NCBI RefSeq assembly: GCF_964355755.1
Contig: NC_092678.1
Location: 15,543,881 to 15,607,880, forward strand
Length of the DNA stretch: 64,000 nucleotides
DNA from: Antedon mediterranea
Taxonomy: Eukaryota; Animalia; Echinodermata
Reading direction: 5' to 3'
Shown here: positions 61,301 through 64,000 of the stretch, one piece after another
Numbering within the stretch: the stretch's first letter is position 1
How the letters are laid out: each line of letters opens with the position of its first letter
The notes under the pieces: generated by a model
What the model saw: the letters and a program-made list of their open reading frames with translations, nothing else
Told to the model about the DNA's origin: nothing
The model's database searches: none
Made by a program: the position numbers and the translations under genes

Positions 61301-63926
61301 AAAATTCGCATTATGCAAACCTGGTTACAACTTGATACATTTTGCAGATGTGAAAAGATCAATCAATCAATAATCTAATTAATCCATACACCATATTAAT
61401 CTAGGAACAGTTAATAATTCAATAAAATTGTAATATGATCAATTAATCAATGCACTCAATAATAAATTATCAATACAAAACAGCCAATCAAAATCAGTCA
61501 GCTATCAAGTCAAACGATCAACCAAACGTACACAATAATATTACCCATAATGCAATACATCATAAAAACTATGCATAGTGAGTGGCCGAGCGGTTAAGAC
61601 AGTGGAACCGTAATATGTAGCCGTAACATCAGCAAGAGTTCGAGGCTCAGTCGATCTATGGTTCTGGTGGTAGAATGATCTTACAAGGACTGTTGGTCAA
61701 GTGTACACATCTAGCTCATGTGAACCTACAGTAGTACATCCTTCGAGATGAGTAGGGGGGGGGGGGGGGTGGGTTACCCCGGTGTGGTGTACTAGTACAT
61801 CACAGCCATAGCTGGGCCATTTGGGAGACCAGTTTTTGACTGAAGAGGTCGCCCAGTATAAATAATAAAAAGTTACAACAATACACTTACCAACTTTCTG
61901 TAAATTTTTCGCTTTCTTCAAAACATCTTTAGCAACTCTTGTGACGCCAGAGGTGGAATGTTGATTGATGAAACTGGCTATCACCTCCCACCTACAGGTA
62001 ATAACAATGTGTAAATAATATGGAGAACAAGAACACAGGAATGAGTGATATTGCCAAACCTGACATAAAATAAATGTACTCAATGCTTAATTTGTAAATT
62101 GTGAGATTGTGGTTAACTATATTTCGCAGTTGTCCTTGTTTTATTTTATTTTCACAAAACCAACAGCTATCACAAAACTAAACAATTACCGTACTGATGC
62201 GGGTATAAGCCCACCCCCCTTGAACATGAAATCACGTCAAGTTTGGGGGGTGGGCTTATACCCGAGGATCCAAAAATGCAGATCGTCAAAAACAGCACAT
62301 GTACACTGTGTGTATTCCACCATGCGAGCGAGTGCCCTCACGTGTACGACGTTGCCTCTAAAATACACGAGGTGTAGAGTATCGGAAAATTAAGCTTATA
62401 GTTCGTGTAATTTATCGTAGAATATCTTATTTTAAACATCAATTGAACAAGAATTTATCAAGCAGGAAAGCAAGTATACAATGTTCGTTAAATAGAAATG
62501 TACCAAAGAAATTTAATAAGCTTGTTTATGGCAGCCGATACCAAATAGTGGTTTTCCGTTTTGGCGACTTGTAGCGTCGTGTGTGAAGCGATCTTCGACC
62601 GCGATGGAGTGTATACAAAACAGGACCGCTAGGCCTCATATGGCCTAGCGTATATTAGCCTAGCTTGGTTATGATCAAAGGTAGGTGTATTCGGTGTATG
62701 GACGTCGGCAAATACAAAATAATGTATTACGACACACACTGTAGATCTTCGAATTAATGGGTGGGCTTATACCCGAGTGCCTCATTTTTCATGAAAATTA
62801 GTCAAAAGTCGGGGTGGGCTTATACCCGAGTATGGGCTTATACCCGCGTCAGTACGGTAAATGATGAGAAACCATGTTTTCAAAACCAAGTCCTTGAGGA
62901 ACTGAATTCCTTTTATATCAAGTATACTTCAAGTTCAGGTTCAGGTTCAGATTTATTCACATAATGCAAATACATACAAAAATATAATAGATACAAATGG
63001 TTGGAAATTAAGTAAAGTAATAGTTGCATTATGCCTGGAGAATACCATTTAAACTCCAAGAGGCTTTGAGCCTGGATCCACCAGAAAGAATAAAGTAGAG
63101 TTAAAAATAATAATAATAAGCATTGTGACAGAAAGGGACGGACATGTACGACGATACAAACACAACAGGAAGGACAAACAGTATTTATATGATTCGCTTA
63201 ATTAAATTTAATTTTAGTATTAATATGATCGAAATAATTAATTTACTTTATATTTTGATATTAGATAAGATTTGTAGTTTATTTTTAGAGTATTATTTTG
63301 TTTTGCTATTAGTTATTGACGGATTAAGAGAGTTCCAGAGTAGGGGACCGGTATGTAGTATAGAGTTGTTAAGTATTTGCTTACTATTATAGTTTTTAGA
63401 AATGTAGTTGTTTGCGTTCCTAGTGTTATATGTGTGTAGTTCGTTATTTTTAGTGAAGAAACCGTTGAAAGCAATTGGAAGTTTGTTATTTGAGTACCTA
63501 TACATGAACTTAAATTGTTTATTATAAAATAAAAACCTTTGCAACAACATTGATAATAATCTCATTTGTTTTTCGACATTGTTGAGCAGAATGAGAAAAT
63601 TGAGATAAAAGTGGTGTTACAAGAATCTAATTCCTTATTATATTTAGTTACAAAGGTTCAAAGAATTTTGTATAACATATAAGAAACAGGAATTTTAAAC
63701 AGCTAAGCTTTGACATTAATTTGGCAATCAAGTAATCTGAAGCCTACCTGGACACCGTACCAGCTGGAAACAGGTTGTTAGCCTTGATAAGAAGCTGTAA
63801 GTCTTCATTGTTCCAAGGAGATGAGTCACTTCCTCCTCCTGTTGCTCCTTTGCCTGCAGATAGTTCTTGCTGTCGTTTAAGCTCCTTTTCTCTCTCTTGT
63901 CCAATCTGTTCAGTTACCTCTTTCAG
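58348..63926 (-). CDS. DNAJC2: DnaJ homolog subfamily C member 2 (ZRF1/MPP11), last five exons with two SANT domains; 5' part outside the window
   Basis: Exons 63926-63748, 61991-61891, 60914-60813, 60191-60040, 58404-58348 are in phase: [46 protein letters not shown]...[53 protein letters not shown], closely matching the DNAJC2 C-terminus. Confidence 0.95.
61575..61870 (+). mobile_element. tRNA-derived SINE (MetaSINE-like core) in a DNAJC2 intron
   Basis: A box TGGCCGAGCGG, B box GAGTTCGAGGC, core ...TCGAGATGAGTAGGGG..TTACCCCGGTG, AT-rich tail. Confidence 0.65.
62189..62857. mobile_element. Tc1/mariner (pogo-like) MITE
   Basis: TA-CCGTACTGATGCGGGTATAAGCCCA ... TGGGCTTATACCCGCGTCAGTACGG-TA; internal GGGCTTATACCCG repeats. 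Confidence 0.85.
62934..63530 (-). mobile_element. 3' fragment of an L2/Crack-type LINE
   Basis: [27 protein letters not shown]...GPLLWNSL C-terminus, 3' UTR, AATAAA and (CTGAAC)n tail on the - strand. Confidence 0.75.
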
Positions 63927-64000
63927 CTGTAATGAGATAGTTTATAAGTACGTTTCTTTTTATTTTATTATTATAATTCAGCACACACAAAAAAACCCAT

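Noticed and set aside
61575-61660. tRNA gene
   Set aside because: A and B boxes are present but there is no clean cloverleaf or acceptor stem, and it continues into a SINE body

Overview
AT-rich, intron-containing animal DNA (marine-invertebrate style; echinoderm is a guess) dominated by nested transposons, with two host genes at the right end: a galactose-3-O-sulfotransferase exon (+) and the last five exons of DNAJC2/ZRF1 (-). The most notable object is a 17.4-kb DNA transposon (21402-38794) with TAT...ATA termini, a perfect 6-bp target duplication (CTATAC) and 24-bp subterminal arrays, which fits the IS3EU signature. By hand splicing it carries two convergent, apparently intact genes: a 5-exon, ~475-aa HTH+DDE integrase-type transposase (-) and a 12-exon, ~717-aa HECT E3 ubiquitin ligase (+) that keeps its catalytic Cys. 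Its left arm is a decayed inverted copy of the 5' half of the transposase gene. The left part of the window holds a Ngaro-type tyrosine-recombinase retrotransposon (3439-15531, -), interrupted by an L2-type LINE, a fold-back Academ derivative and a Helitron-like repeat. Many non-autonomous elements (Kolobok, P, MuDR, Harbinger, Tc1/pogo-like, a tRNA-SINE) are present. Paired repeat copies also show recurrent TA to TAGGC(C)TA micro-insertions. All calls come from manual reading; no database searches were run.
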